NCBI GenBank assembly: GCA_951813325.1
Contig: OX638350.1
Location: forward strand, 853,029-917,028
Length of the DNA: 64,000 nucleotides
Source of the DNA: an uncultured Acidimicrobiales bacterium
GTDB lineage: Bacteria; Actinomycetota; Acidimicrobiia; Acidimicrobiales; Bin134
Reading direction: 5' to 3'
Shown here: positions 44,012 through 52,852 of the stretch, one piece after another
Numbering within the stretch: position 1 is the stretch's first letter
Layout: every line of letters starts with the position of its first letter
The notes under the pieces: model-generated
Told to the model about the DNA's origin: nothing
The model's database searches: none
The model's input: the letters and a program-made list of their open reading frames with translations, nothing else
Program-made: the position numbers and the translations under genes

Positions 44012-45151
44012 ATGGGTCCATTGAGGGGAATGCGCATCATCGAGCTGGCCGGAATCGGGCCGACACCTTTTGCCGGGATGATGCTGTCGGATTTGGGTGC
44101 CGAGGTCATCCGCGTCGACCGGGTGGGCGGCTCGGGCAACCCGGTGGCGTCGCAATCAGGCCCCATGGAGCGGGGCAAGCGCACCGTGGCCATCGACCTC
44201 AAGCAGCCCGCCGGGATTGAGGCCGTGCTCCGGCTGGTCGAGGCGTCCGACGGCCTGTTCGAGGGTTTCCGGGCCGGAGTGGCCGAGCGTCTCGGCGTCG
44301 GCCCCGACGCCTGCCTGGCCCGAAACCCCAAGCTGGTCTACGGGCGGATGACCGGCTGGGGCCAGAGCGGCCCGCTGGCCGACCGGGCCGGCCACGACAT
44401 CAACTACATCTCCCTGGCCGGTCCGCTGGCCCACATCGGCCGTGCTGGCCAGCCCCCCTCGGTGCCGCTCAATCTCATCGGCGACTTCGGGGGCGGATCG
44501 GTGTTCCTGGTACTGGGCATGGTGGCCGCCCTTTTGGAGGTGGCCCGGGGCGGCGAAGGCCAGGTGGTCGACGCCGCCATGGTGGACGGCGCGGCCTACC
44601 TGCTGTCGCCGCTGTATGCAGCCCATGCCAGCGGGTTCTGGACCGACGAGGTTGGGGCCAACTTCTTGGACTCGGGGGCATATTTCTACGAGGTATACGG
44701 CACTTCCGACGGCAAGTGGCTGGCGGTGGGTGCCATCGAGCCCCAGTTCCACGCCGAGTTCATGGCCGGCATCGGCCTGGCCGGAGCCGAAGATTTGCCC
44801 GACCAGATGGACCGGGGTCGGTGGCCGGAGATGAAGCAGCGGATAGGCGATATCATCGCCCAGCGCACCCTGGATGAGTGGGTGGCCGTGTTCGACGGCA
44901 CCGATGCCTGCGTCAGCCCTGTTCTCACCATGGGGCAAACCCCATCGCATCCTCATGCCCAGGCCCGTGATTCATTTTTCGAATTCGGCGGGGTTACCCA
45001 GCCTCGGCCCGCTCCCCGGTTTGAGGGGACGCCTTCAGAGCCCGCGGTGACGTCCCAGTCTCCAGGAGCCGATACCGAAGCGGTGTTGCTTGAACTGGGC
45101 TACTCCGCCGAGCAGGTAGAAGCGCTCCGGTCGTCGGGCGCGGTGGCTTGA
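44012..45151 (+). CDS. Family III CoA-transferase, alpha-methylacyl-CoA racemase-like
   Basis: MGPLRGMRIIELAGIGPTPFAGMMLSDLGAEVIRVDR and GHDINYI. Start trimmed to ATG 44012 (track 43763). Confidence 0.85.
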   Translation: MGPLRGMRIIELAGIGPTPFAGMMLSDLGAEVIRVDRVGGSGNPVASQSGPMERGKRTVAIDLKQPAGIEAVLRLVEASDGLFEGFRAGVAERLGVGPDACLARNPKLVYGRMTGWGQSGPLADRAGHDINYISLAGPLAHIGRAGQPPSVPLNLIGDFGGGSVFLVLGMVAALLEVARGGEGQVVDAAMVDGAAYLLSPLYAAHASGFWTDEVGANFLDSGAYFYEVYGTSDGKWLAVGAIEPQFHAEFMAGIGLAGAEDLPDQMDRGRWPEMKQRIGDIIAQRTLDEWVAVFDGTDACVSPVLTMGQTPSHPHAQARDSFFEFGGVTQPRPAPRFEGTPSEPAVTSQSPGADTEAVLLELGYSAEQVEALRSSGAVA

Positions 45152-45226
45152 GTCGGCTACAGACAATTGCGCCGCTTTTGGAGGAACCGTGGGTACCGTT
45201 GGAGCGTCGTAGATGGTGATTGGAAG

Positions 45227-46732
45227 ATGGGTGCCCAAATGCGCAAATTGAAACTGGTCTTGCTGTTGGCCCTGGTCTGCTTGGTTGCCGCCGCCTGCTC
45301 AAGCGACAGCGACGACAGCACACCGCCTGCGGCAGCGACTGAGGCCGCTGCCCAGCCTACCGAGGCCGCCGCAACCCCTGCCCCTGATCCGACCGAGGCC
45401 CCTGTCGTGCTCACAGATGGCCAACGCGACCTGGCGGACGCGCTGTTCACGGCGATTCACGAAGACGACACGATGCAGGACGAATACCGTCCATTCACCA
45501 TTCCCGAAGACCAGGTCCGCTGCTTGGCCGACGGCTTGGCCGGAGTTTTTTCTGACGACCGGCTCGTGGAACTGGGCATGAGCGGCTCGTCGGTAGCTGC
45601 GATATACGAAGTAAGAGGTATTTTTTCCCTTGGCGATACCTATGCAATCACCGAAGATGAGATTTCGGAGGTGGTGGACAGGGCAGTGGAGTGTATTGAT
45701 TTGCGATCGATACTGGCTGCCGGAATTGAGGCTGAGGGTGTGCCAGGCGAGCAAGCCCGCTGCATTGCATCGGAGGTCACAAGTGAGGGAATTCGGGCCA
45801 TGGCGATGAGCGTGTTCATCGCCGAGTCCGAGCATGATCTAGGCATAGATCCAGAGGAGGCCCAAGCAGCGTCGCAGACCTGCTTCGACGTCCGGGAAAT
45901 GCTCTATCAGACATTCGTCCAAGAAGAGCTATCTGAGGAGAGTGCTCGGTGCGTTGCCGACGGGCTGTCCGATGAGATTGTCGCCATGATTCTCGGGGCC
46001 CAGGAGCCTGAGAGCGACGAGGAAATCGCAGAGATGTTCGGCCAGCTCTCAGCCCTACAGAACCGGTGCCTAACCCCAGAAGAGCTCGAGTTGATGGGCG
46101 GTTCCGGATTCACCCCAGCCCCGGCTTCTGGGGAGGCTTATGGTTCGGGACCGTGTCCGCTCGCCGACGGATCAGGGCCGACAGTGCTGTACTTCGATGG
46201 TCCCCAGCCCCTGTGTTTGGACCCGGCCAAGCAGTACACCGCAGTATTCGACACCACTGCGGGGGAGATTCGTGTAGACCTCGACACGTTCAACACGCCG
46301 ATCACGGCCAACAATTTCGCAGTACTGGCCCGACACCACTACTACGACGACACGCTGCTGTTCCGCACTGACCCGAGCATCGGCATCATCCAGGGCGGGG
46401 CGCCCCACACCAATTCGCCGAGCGATCCAGGTCCGGGCTACACCATTCCCGATGAGGGCTTCGGATTTACCTACGAGCCGGGACAGATTGTGATGGCCCG
46501 CACCGCCGCGCCCAACAGCGCCAGCGCCCAGTTCTTCTTCGCGGTGAACGAGAACACCGCCCGGCTCAATGGCCAGGGCACCTATGTGGTGTTCGGCCAG
46601 ATGGACGACGAGAGCCTGACGGTGGCCGAGGTCATTTTGGCCAGCCACGTCGACCAGCCTGACAACCCACTGGGCGGGGGGCCCGAGCCTCCCGTGTTGG
46701 TCAACTCGGTCACCATCGAAGAAACCGGCTGA
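45227..46732 (+). CDS. Lipoprotein: N-terminal Cys-containing domain of unknown function fused to a cyclophilin-type peptidyl-prolyl isomerase
   Basis: Lipobox LVAAAC after MRKLKLVLLLALVC. The C-terminus has cyclophilin blocks (ITANNFAVLARHHYYDDTLLFRT, IIQGG, IVMARTAAPNSASAQFFF). The roughly 270-aa middle repeats an xxRC(L/I/V)A motif. Start is 45227 or 45239. Confidence 0.82.
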   Translation: MGAQMRKLKLVLLLALVCLVAAACSSDSDDSTPPAAATEAAAQPTEAAATPAPDPTEAPVVLTDGQRDLADALFTAIHEDDTMQDEYRPFTIPEDQVRCLADGLAGVFSDDRLVELGMSGSSVAAIYEVRGIFSLGDTYAITEDEISEVVDRAVECIDLRSILAAGIEAEGVPGEQARCIASEVTSEGIRAMAMSVFIAESEHDLGIDPEEAQAASQTCFDVREMLYQTFVQEELSEESARCVADGLSDEIVAMILGAQEPESDEEIAEMFGQLSALQNRCLTPEELELMGGSGFTPAPASGEAYGSGPCPLADGSGPTVLYFDGPQPLCLDPAKQYTAVFDTTAGEIRVDLDTFNTPITANNFAVLARHHYYDDTLLFRTDPSIGIIQGGAPHTNSPSDPGPGYTIPDEGFGFTYEPGQIVMARTAAPNSASAQFFFAVNENTARLNGQGTYVVFGQMDDESLTVAEVILASHVDQPDNPLGGGPEPPVLVNSVTIEETG

Positions 46733-46747
46733 CACGAGAGCAGTCCT

Positions 46748-47443
46748 ATGCGTCGCGGCTGGTTCTTCCCGATAGTCCTTGCAACCCTCATAGCGATGGC
46801 CTGCTCGAGCGAAAACGAGGGCAGCGCACCGTCCGTGCCAGCTACCCAGGCCCCCGCTGTCCAACCCACTGAGGCGGACGAAGCCTCCAATTCGTCGTCT
46901 GCCGACACCGGTGGCCGCGACATCGGCGAGCAGCCGGAAGATGGCGATCTACCCGCGCCCAATAGGCAAGAGTTGACCGACACATTTGCAGAGCTGGTCT
47001 TGGGAGACGAACTGGTCACCACCTTCATGACGCGACAGGAGATCATTTGCCTGGCCGAGGGAGCATTTGGCGTATTCAACGACGAACGGCTTCGCGAACT
47101 GGGACTCCACCCGGACTCGTTTGCGGAGGCATACCGGCAACCGGGACTCTTTGTGTTCGGGGACTGGTTCGACATTTCCGATCGAGAGGCGTTTGATCTT
47201 GAGAATCTGGCTCTGGGTTGCGTTGACTGGCGGAACTTCGTGGTCCAGGTCTTGGTCTCAGAGGGAGAGCCGATAGACCGAGCCAGATGCATCGCCTCCC
47301 AAATCTCGGTTGACGGGCTACGGGACGTCGTACGAGACGCCATGGTGGTCGACACGGGAGAGGGCTTCGGGGAGGCGCAGGAAGAGGTGGCTGCAGCCCT
47401 TACCGTCTGCTACTTGAACGCGTCTTCGGTGACGGTCTTGTAG
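46748..47443 (+). CDS. Lipoprotein, paralogue of the N-terminal domain of the upstream cyclophilin lipoprotein
   Basis: Lipobox LIAMAC. RQEIICLAEGAFGVFNDERLRELG… / …GCVDWRN… / …RARCIASQISVDGLR… / …LTVCYLN align by eye with EDQVRCLADGLAGVFSDDRLVELG… / …ECIDLRS… / …QARCIASEVTSEGIR… / …SQTCFDV in the upstream gene. Confidence 0.75.
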   Translation: MRRGWFFPIVLATLIAMACSSENEGSAPSVPATQAPAVQPTEADEASNSSSADTGGRDIGEQPEDGDLPAPNRQELTDTFAELVLGDELVTTFMTRQEIICLAEGAFGVFNDERLRELGLHPDSFAEAYRQPGLFVFGDWFDISDREAFDLENLALGCVDWRNFVVQVLVSEGEPIDRARCIASQISVDGLRDVVRDAMVVDTGEGFGEAQEEVAAALTVCYLNASSVTVL

Positions 47444-47483
47444 TTCAACAGCAGAGCGAGGCGGCGGCAGCCCGTACCGCTTG

Positions 47484-48386
47484 CTACTCCTGGAAGTACA
47501 CTGCCTCGGCGGCCGCTTCGCCGTCCGTGCCCACCCGGCCGTCGCCAACCATGGCGATGAGGTGGGCGAGCACAGAGCGGGCGGCGGGTTCATGGAGCTC
47601 TGAGGCAACGTCGGCGTACATCACCTCTACCATCTCGGCGATGTTCTGCGGCCCGAGAGTCAGGCATTCGAGGATCTGGCGCTCCCGGTCCAGTCGGTGG
47701 GCGTACAGGGCTTTCACCAGAGCGTGGGGCTCGGTGACCGGCGGGCCGTGAGTGGGCCAGTACACGCGGTCATCGGGATAGTCGGCCAATAGCCGCAAGC
47801 TGGCCAGGTAGTCGGTCATGTTGCCGTCGGGCGGGGGGATGATGGTGGTGGACCACCCCATGATGTGGTCGCCGGTGAACACCCCGGCAGCTTCCCGCCA
47901 GCGATAGGCCATGTGGTTGGAGATGTGGCCTGGTGTGTAAAGGCACTCCAAGCTCCATCCCGGACCCTCGACCACATCTCCGTGGACCACGGCCAAATCC
48001 GGGGCGAATTGGAGATCGCCTCGTTCCTCACTCTTGGCGTCGTCGGCGTCGCCGGCCGGATGAGGGCCGAACCCGTAGGCCACCGCCCCGGTGGCCTCGG
48101 CCACCGCCTGCGACGCGGGGGAGTGGTCCCGGTGGGTGTGGGTGATGAGCAGGGCCTCCACCTGCTGGCCGTCCACCGCGGCCAGCACTGCCGCGATGTG
48201 GTTGTCGTCGTCGGGGCCGGGGTCGACGATGGCCACTCGTCCCTCGCCAATGATGTAGGTGCCGGTGCCCCGGTAGGTGAACTTGCCGGGGTTGTTGGCC
48301 ACCACTCGGCGCAGGCCGGGGGCCATCTCCGCCACCGCGCCGTAGTCCACCTCCGGCTCGGTCAGAAACGGAATGCTCACCCCCAT
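47484..48386 (-). CDS. MBL-fold metallo-hydrolase
   Basis: HTHRDH metal-binding motif after IVDPGPDDDNH. Start trimmed to ATG 48386 (track 48566). Confidence 0.85.
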   Translation of the reverse strand: MGVSIPFLTEPEVDYGAVAEMAPGLRRVVANNPGKFTYRGTGTYIIGEGRVAIVDPGPDDDNHIAAVLAAVDGQQVEALLITHTHRDHSPASQAVAEATGAVAYGFGPHPAGDADDAKSEERGDLQFAPDLAVVHGDVVEGPGWSLECLYTPGHISNHMAYRWREAAGVFTGDHIMGWSTTIIPPPDGNMTDYLASLRLLADYPDDRVYWPTHGPPVTEPHALVKALYAHRLDRERQILECLTLGPQNIAEMVEVMYADVASELHEPAARSVLAHLIAMVGDGRVGTDGEAAAEAVYFQE

Positions 48387-48396
48387 GGCGCGGCGA

Positions 48397-49185
48397 TCAG
48401 CTGTCCTCGGCGGCCACTTCGCCGGTGGAGGCGCCCAGATAGGCCGGCTTCTCCCCGCCGCCGTGGACCTTGATGTTGGCTCCGGACATCCACCGGGCCA
48501 TGGGCGAGGCCAAGAACAGGCACACATCGGCCACGTCGTCGGGACGGCCCATGCGTCCCATGGCAATGGTCTCGCCCACCGCGGCGATGCCGGCCTCGTC
48601 GCCGTAGTACATATGGGCGTCTTCGGTCACGATGAGCCCCACGGTCACGGTCAGCACCCGGATCTTCGGCCCCCACTCCACCGCCAGGGTCTCGCTCAAG
48701 TTCACCAGCCCAGCCTTGGCCGCCCCATAGGCGATGCCCATGGGATTGGGCCGGATTCCCGACACCGAGGAGATGTTGAGGATCACCCCGCCGCTCTCCT
48801 GCCCCTGCATCACCGGGTACACCGCCTGGCTGAACGCCATGGGGGCCATCAGGTTCAGGGCCACGATCTTCTCATTGAACCGGGGCGACACCGTGGCCGA
48901 CTCGGCTGGAGGGGCCCCGCCCGCGTTGTTGATGAGGGTGTCGACCCGCCCGGTGTGTTCCACCGCAGCCGCCACCACTCCGGCGATCTGCTCGGGGTCT
49001 CGCACGTCGGCGGCTACGAACCGCGCTTCTCGTCCGCCAGAGGCCACCGGTTCTTGGGGTGGGCGGCGGGCGCAGATCACCACGTCGGCGCCCGCAGCCA
49101 GGAAACGGGTGGCCATGCCCCGGCCCAGCCCCTGGGTGCCGCCGGTGATGATGGCGGTCTTGCCGGTGAAATCGAGGTCTTCCAT
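48397..49185 (-). CDS. SDR-family oxidoreductase
   Basis: 262-aa ORF with ITGGTQGLGRGM and YGAAKAGL. Confidence 0.88.
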   Translation of the reverse strand: MEDLDFTGKTAIITGGTQGLGRGMATRFLAAGADVVICARRPPQEPVASGGREARFVAADVRDPEQIAGVVAAAVEHTGRVDTLINNAGGAPPAESATVSPRFNEKIVALNLMAPMAFSQAVYPVMQGQESGGVILNISSVSGIRPNPMGIAYGAAKAGLVNLSETLAVEWGPKIRVLTVTVGLIVTEDAHMYYGDEAGIAAVGETIAMGRMGRPDDVADVCLFLASPMARWMSGANIKVHGGGEKPAYLGASTGEVAAEDS

Positions 49186-49289
49186 TGCTGCCAGTGTGCC
49201 CCATGGGCGCTGTTGGGGGCATCACCGCCCCAAAGGAGGCCGCTCGGCCAGTGTGGGCCGTGTCCCAGGCGCGGGCTATCGTCGCCGCC

Positions 49290-50144
49290 ATGGTCGACAA
49301 GCAGATGACCGAAGACGAGGTCATTGCCGAGTTGCGCGACGGCATGACCATAGGCATCGGCGGCTGGGGATCACGCCGCAAGCCCATGTCGCTGGTCCGG
49401 GCGATTCTGCGCTCTGACCTCAAGGATCTGACCGTGGTGGCCTACGGCGGCCCCGACATCGGGCTGCTGTGCGCCGCGGGCAAACTGCGCCGGGCTGTGT
49501 ACGGGTTTGTGTCCCTCGACTCGATCCCATTGGAGCCCCACTTCCGCCAGGCCCGCCAGAGCGGGGCCATCGAGTTCACCGAGCTGGACGAGGGGGCCTT
49601 CTACCTGGGGCTGTTGGCCGCCGCCCACCGAGTGCCGTTCTATCCCACCCGGGCCGGTCTGGGCTCCGACATGCTGACCATGAACCCCGAGCTGCGCACG
49701 GTGACCTCCCCCTACGACGACGGGGAGGAGCTGGTGGCCATCCCCGCCTTCAAACTGGATGCCGCGCTGATCCACATGAACCGGGCTGACGCGGCCGGCA
49801 ACGGCCAGTTCCTGGGGCCCGATCTGTATTTCGACGACTTGTTCGCCATGGCCGCCGACAAGACGTACCTGAGCACCGAGAAGATCGTGCCCACCGAGAC
49901 CTTCTTGGACGAGGGGCCGGTGCACACCCTGCGCCTCCAGCGCATCTTCACCGACGGCGTGGTGGAGGCCCCCCAAGGAGCGCACTTCACCGAGTGCCCC
50001 CCCGACTATGGGCGCGACGAGCCCTTCCAGCGGGAGTACGCTGCCACCGCCCGCGACCCCGACGCATGGGAGGCCTTCCGCTCCGCCTATCTCGACGCTC
50101 CCTCCCATGCCGAGTACCGCAAAGCGCTGGAGGCCCGACCATGA
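49290..50144 (+). CDS. ipdA: CoA-transferase alpha subunit (glutaconate-CoA-transferase-like; IpdA-like by sequence pattern and synteny)
   Basis: GMTIGIGGWGSRRKPMSLVRAILRSDLKDLTVVAYGGPDIGLL and PDYGRDEPFQREY match what I recall of mycobacterial IpdA. Followed by the beta subunit and a nitronate-monooxygenase-like gene, as in ipdABC. Start trimmed to ATG 49290. The symbol is inferred, not verified. Confidence 0.75.
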   Translation: MVDKQMTEDEVIAELRDGMTIGIGGWGSRRKPMSLVRAILRSDLKDLTVVAYGGPDIGLLCAAGKLRRAVYGFVSLDSIPLEPHFRQARQSGAIEFTELDEGAFYLGLLAAAHRVPFYPTRAGLGSDMLTMNPELRTVTSPYDDGEELVAIPAFKLDAALIHMNRADAAGNGQFLGPDLYFDDLFAMAADKTYLSTEKIVPTETFLDEGPVHTLRLQRIFTDGVVEAPQGAHFTECPPDYGRDEPFQREYAATARDPDAWEAFRSAYLDAPSHAEYRKALEARP

Positions 50145-50178
50145 GCACGAAGCGACTTGGCAGTCCCGAGGTCCGATC

Positions 50179-50958
50179 ATGAGCAATAGCGGGCATGTCA
50201 CCGCCGAAGCCACCATCGATGAGATCTGCGTGGTGGCCTGCGCCGAGGCCTTCCGGGGCGACGGCGAGATTTTGTGCAACCCCATCGGCACCGTGCCCAT
50301 CGTGGGCGGCCGGCTGGCCCGGGCCACTTTCGAGCCCGACCTGGCGTACACCGACACCGTTTCGGTGCTGCCGGCCAACGACTATCCGGTGGGCGACCCC
50401 GATGCCCCCAAGGTGGTGGAGTCGTGGGTGCCCTATCGCACCGTGTTCGACATCGTCTGGTCGGGCAAGCGCCACGTGATGATGGGGGCCAGCCAGATCG
50501 ACCAGTGGGGCAACCAGAACATTGCCGCCATCGGCGACTTCCGCCAGCCGAAGGCCCAGCTCCTGGGCCTGCGGGGCGCGCCCGGCAACCTGGTCAACCA
50601 CCCCACCAGCTACTGGGTGCCCAACCACTCCACCCGCTCGTTCGTGGCCTCAGTGGATGTGGTGTCGGGGCCGGGGTACGACCGGATGCGGGAGCTGGGC
50701 GCGCCGGGCAACCGCGACCACGAGGTGCGCCGGGTGGTTTCCAACCTGGGCGTGTTCGACTTTCGGACCGACGACAACCGCATGAGGATCGCCTCGGTCC
50801 ACCCCGGGGCGACCGTGGAGCAGGTGGTGGAGGCCACCGCCTTCGAGCTGGCCGGCACCGACGACGTAGCCGAGACCCGGCTGCCCACCGCCGAAGAGCT
50901 TCGCCTGATCCGCGAGGTGCTCGACCCCGGCGGCGCTCGGAAGGCCGAGTTCCGCTGA
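50179..50958 (+). CDS. ipdB: CoA-transferase beta subunit (IpdB-like)
   Basis: MSNSGHVTAEATIDEICVVACAEAFRGDGEIL…; about 260 aa, directly after the alpha subunit. Start trimmed to ATG 50179 (track 50008). The symbol is inferred from synteny. Confidence 0.72.
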   Translation: MSNSGHVTAEATIDEICVVACAEAFRGDGEILCNPIGTVPIVGGRLARATFEPDLAYTDTVSVLPANDYPVGDPDAPKVVESWVPYRTVFDIVWSGKRHVMMGASQIDQWGNQNIAAIGDFRQPKAQLLGLRGAPGNLVNHPTSYWVPNHSTRSFVASVDVVSGPGYDRMRELGAPGNRDHEVRRVVSNLGVFDFRTDDNRMRIASVHPGATVEQVVEATAFELAGTDDVAETRLPTAEELRLIREVLDPGGARKAEFR

Positions 50959-51004
50959 GCTTCATGCACGCCGCCCCCAGTCCGCAGGTTCGGGGGACTC
51001 CCGA

Positions 51005-52063
51005 GTGAGTGCCGACCCCCGCCTCCAGACCCGGCTGTGCGAGCTGTTCGGGGTGGAGCACCCCATCGTGCAGACCGGCATGGGCTGGGTGTCGGGCGCC
51101 CGGCTCACCGCGGCCACGTCCAACGCCGGCGGCTTGGGCATCATCGCGGCCGCGCCCTTGACCTTCGACCAGATGGTCGAGACCATCGACGCGGTGGCCG
51201 AGGCCACCGACCGCCCCTTCGGCGTCAACCTCAGAACCGATGCCGCTGACATCGACCGCCGGGTCGACCACGTCATCGCCCGCGGGGTCCCGGTAGCCAG
51301 CTTCGCCCAGGCCCCTGGAGAGGCCACCGTCAAGAAGCTGAAGGACGCCGGGGTGGCGGTGGTGCCCACCATCGGCGCCCCCCGCCACGCCGAGAAGGTG
51401 GCCGCCTGGGGGGTGGACGCGGTGATCGCCCAAGGGGCCGAGGGCGGAGGCCATACCGGTCCCATCGCCACCTCACTGCTGCTGCCGTCGGTGATAGACA
51501 CCGTGGACATCCCGGTCATCGCTGCCGGGGGCATGCTCGACGGCCGGTCGCTGGCCGCGGCTCTGGCCTTCGGGGCCGACGGCATCGCCATGGGCACTCG
51601 CTTTCTGCTGTCTTCCGACAGCGACGTTCCCGACCACGTCAAGGCCGTCTACCTGAACACCAAGCTCACGGGCACGGTGGTCACCACCGCGGTCGATGGC
51701 GTGCCCCAGCGGGTCATCAGCACCGACGTGATCTCCCGGCTGGAGCGGTCGGGTCCGCTGTCGTTCATCCGGGCCGCCCGCAATGCGCTCAAGTTCCGGG
51801 CTCTCACCGGGGTGGGCTACCGCCAACTGCTGTCGGAGGGCCTGGCCATGCGCCGCAGCCTGGACCTCACCTGGGCCCAGATGGCCATGGCGGCCAACGC
51901 CCCCATGATGACCAAGGCCGCCATGGTGGACGGCCACCCCGAGGTCGGCATCCTGCCCACCGGCCAGGTGGTGGGCAACATCGACGCCCTCCCCAGCTGC
52001 GGTGAGATCATCGACTCCATCATCGCCGAGGCAATCGAGGTCTTGGACCGCCTGGCCGGTTAG
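51005..52063 (+). CDS. ipdC: Nitronate monooxygenase / NAD(P)H-dependent flavin oxidoreductase family (IpdC-like enoyl reductase candidate)
   Basis: 352-aa ORF with FGVEHPIVQTGMGWVSGARLTAATSNAGGLGII and AQGAEGGGHTG. Its position after ipdAB-like genes matches the mycobacterial arrangement. The symbol is inferred. Confidence 0.72.
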   Translation: MSADPRLQTRLCELFGVEHPIVQTGMGWVSGARLTAATSNAGGLGIIAAAPLTFDQMVETIDAVAEATDRPFGVNLRTDAADIDRRVDHVIARGVPVASFAQAPGEATVKKLKDAGVAVVPTIGAPRHAEKVAAWGVDAVIAQGAEGGGHTGPIATSLLLPSVIDTVDIPVIAAGGMLDGRSLAAALAFGADGIAMGTRFLLSSDSDVPDHVKAVYLNTKLTGTVVTTAVDGVPQRVISTDVISRLERSGPLSFIRAARNALKFRALTGVGYRQLLSEGLAMRRSLDLTWAQMAMAANAPMMTKAAMVDGHPEVGILPTGQVVGNIDALPSCGEIIDSIIAEAIEVLDRLAG

Positions 52064-52064
52064 C

Positions 52065-52091
52065 GTACAAATTCTTCTCCGCGAGTTGTAC
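52065..52091. promoter_or_regulatory. Candidate operator inverted repeat upstream of the Phd-VapC module
   Basis: GTACAA-(15 nt)-TTGTAC in an A/T-richer spacer, 10 nt before the antitoxin ATG. Short arms, so low confidence. Confidence 0.25.
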
Positions 52092-52101
52092 ACTTTCCGT
52101 C

Positions 52102-52365
52102 ATGGATGTTGCGGTCACTGAGCTTCGGGCCCATCTGAGCCACTGGCTGGATCGGGCTAAAGACGGCGAAGAGGTCGTCGTCACTGAGCGGGGAACGCCG
52201 GTGGCAAGGATCCTCGGTCTGGGAACAGCCCCTGTCATCGAGTCTCTGGCACAGCAGGGTGTCATTGCCCGCCCGTCTTCCCAAGGTCGCCCCATGGCAA
52301 CTGGCCGTCCGCGGCCCCGCTCTCGTCGACCGGTCTCCGATCGGGTTACGGAGCAACGGGGCTGA
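52102..52365 (+). CDS. Phd/YefM-family antitoxin
   Basis: 87-aa ORF with MDVAVTELRAHLSHWLDRAKDGEEVVVTERGTPVARILG. Confidence 0.82.
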   Translation: MDVAVTELRAHLSHWLDRAKDGEEVVVTERGTPVARILGLGTAPVIESLAQQGVIARPSSQGRPMATGRPRPRSRRPVSDRVTEQRG

Positions 52366-52368
52366 TCG

Positions 52369-52821
52369 GTGGCCATCGTCTATTTCGACGCCAGCGCGCT
52401 GGTGAAACTGGCGGTCGAGGAATCGGGAAGCGTGATCGCGGCTGCACTCTGGGATGGATGTGATGCAGCGGTGTCGAGTCGTCTTGCCTATCCCGAGGTG
52501 CGGGCTGCTTTGGCGGCTGCGGGGCGCAATCACGACTTGGACGATGCCAGCCTGGCGAGGTGCGAGCAGGACTGGGAGGAGTTCTGGGCTGCTATCCGTC
52601 CCGTCGAGCTCACCCACCGTGTGCAGATGGCCGCCGGCCAGCTGGCCAAGCGCCGCAGCTTGCGCGGTGCCGATGCAGTCCACCTGGCCAGCGCCTTGGA
52701 GCTGGGCGTTCCCGATCTCGTGATGGCCGTGTGGGATCGCCGCCTTCACGACGGCGCCGTGGCTGAGAATCTGGCCGTTGCCCCGCCCAGCCTGTCCGGG
52801 CGTCTACCAGATATCGTCTGA
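52369..52821 (+). CDS. vapC: PIN-domain ribonuclease toxin VapC
   Basis: 150-aa ORF starting (GTG) AIVYFDASALVKL with a later GADAVHLASAL block. Starts 3 nt after the antitoxin stop. Confidence 0.82.
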   Translation: MAIVYFDASALVKLAVEESGSVIAAALWDGCDAAVSSRLAYPEVRAALAAAGRNHDLDDASLARCEQDWEEFWAAIRPVELTHRVQMAAGQLAKRRSLRGADAVHLASALELGVPDLVMAVWDRRLHDGAVAENLAVAPPSLSGRLPDIV

Positions 52822-52852
52822 ACTGGCCTCTTGGCCCTAGAGTTCTGCGCGG

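Noticed and set aside
49186-49289. Possible KstR2-type operator in the divergent SDR/ipdA-like intergenic region (CCCATGGG palindrome, repeated GCCAGTGTG)
   Set aside because: The sequences do not match the AnCAAGnnCTTGnT-type motif I recall, and part of the region may be coding if the earlier start is used. Too weak to call.
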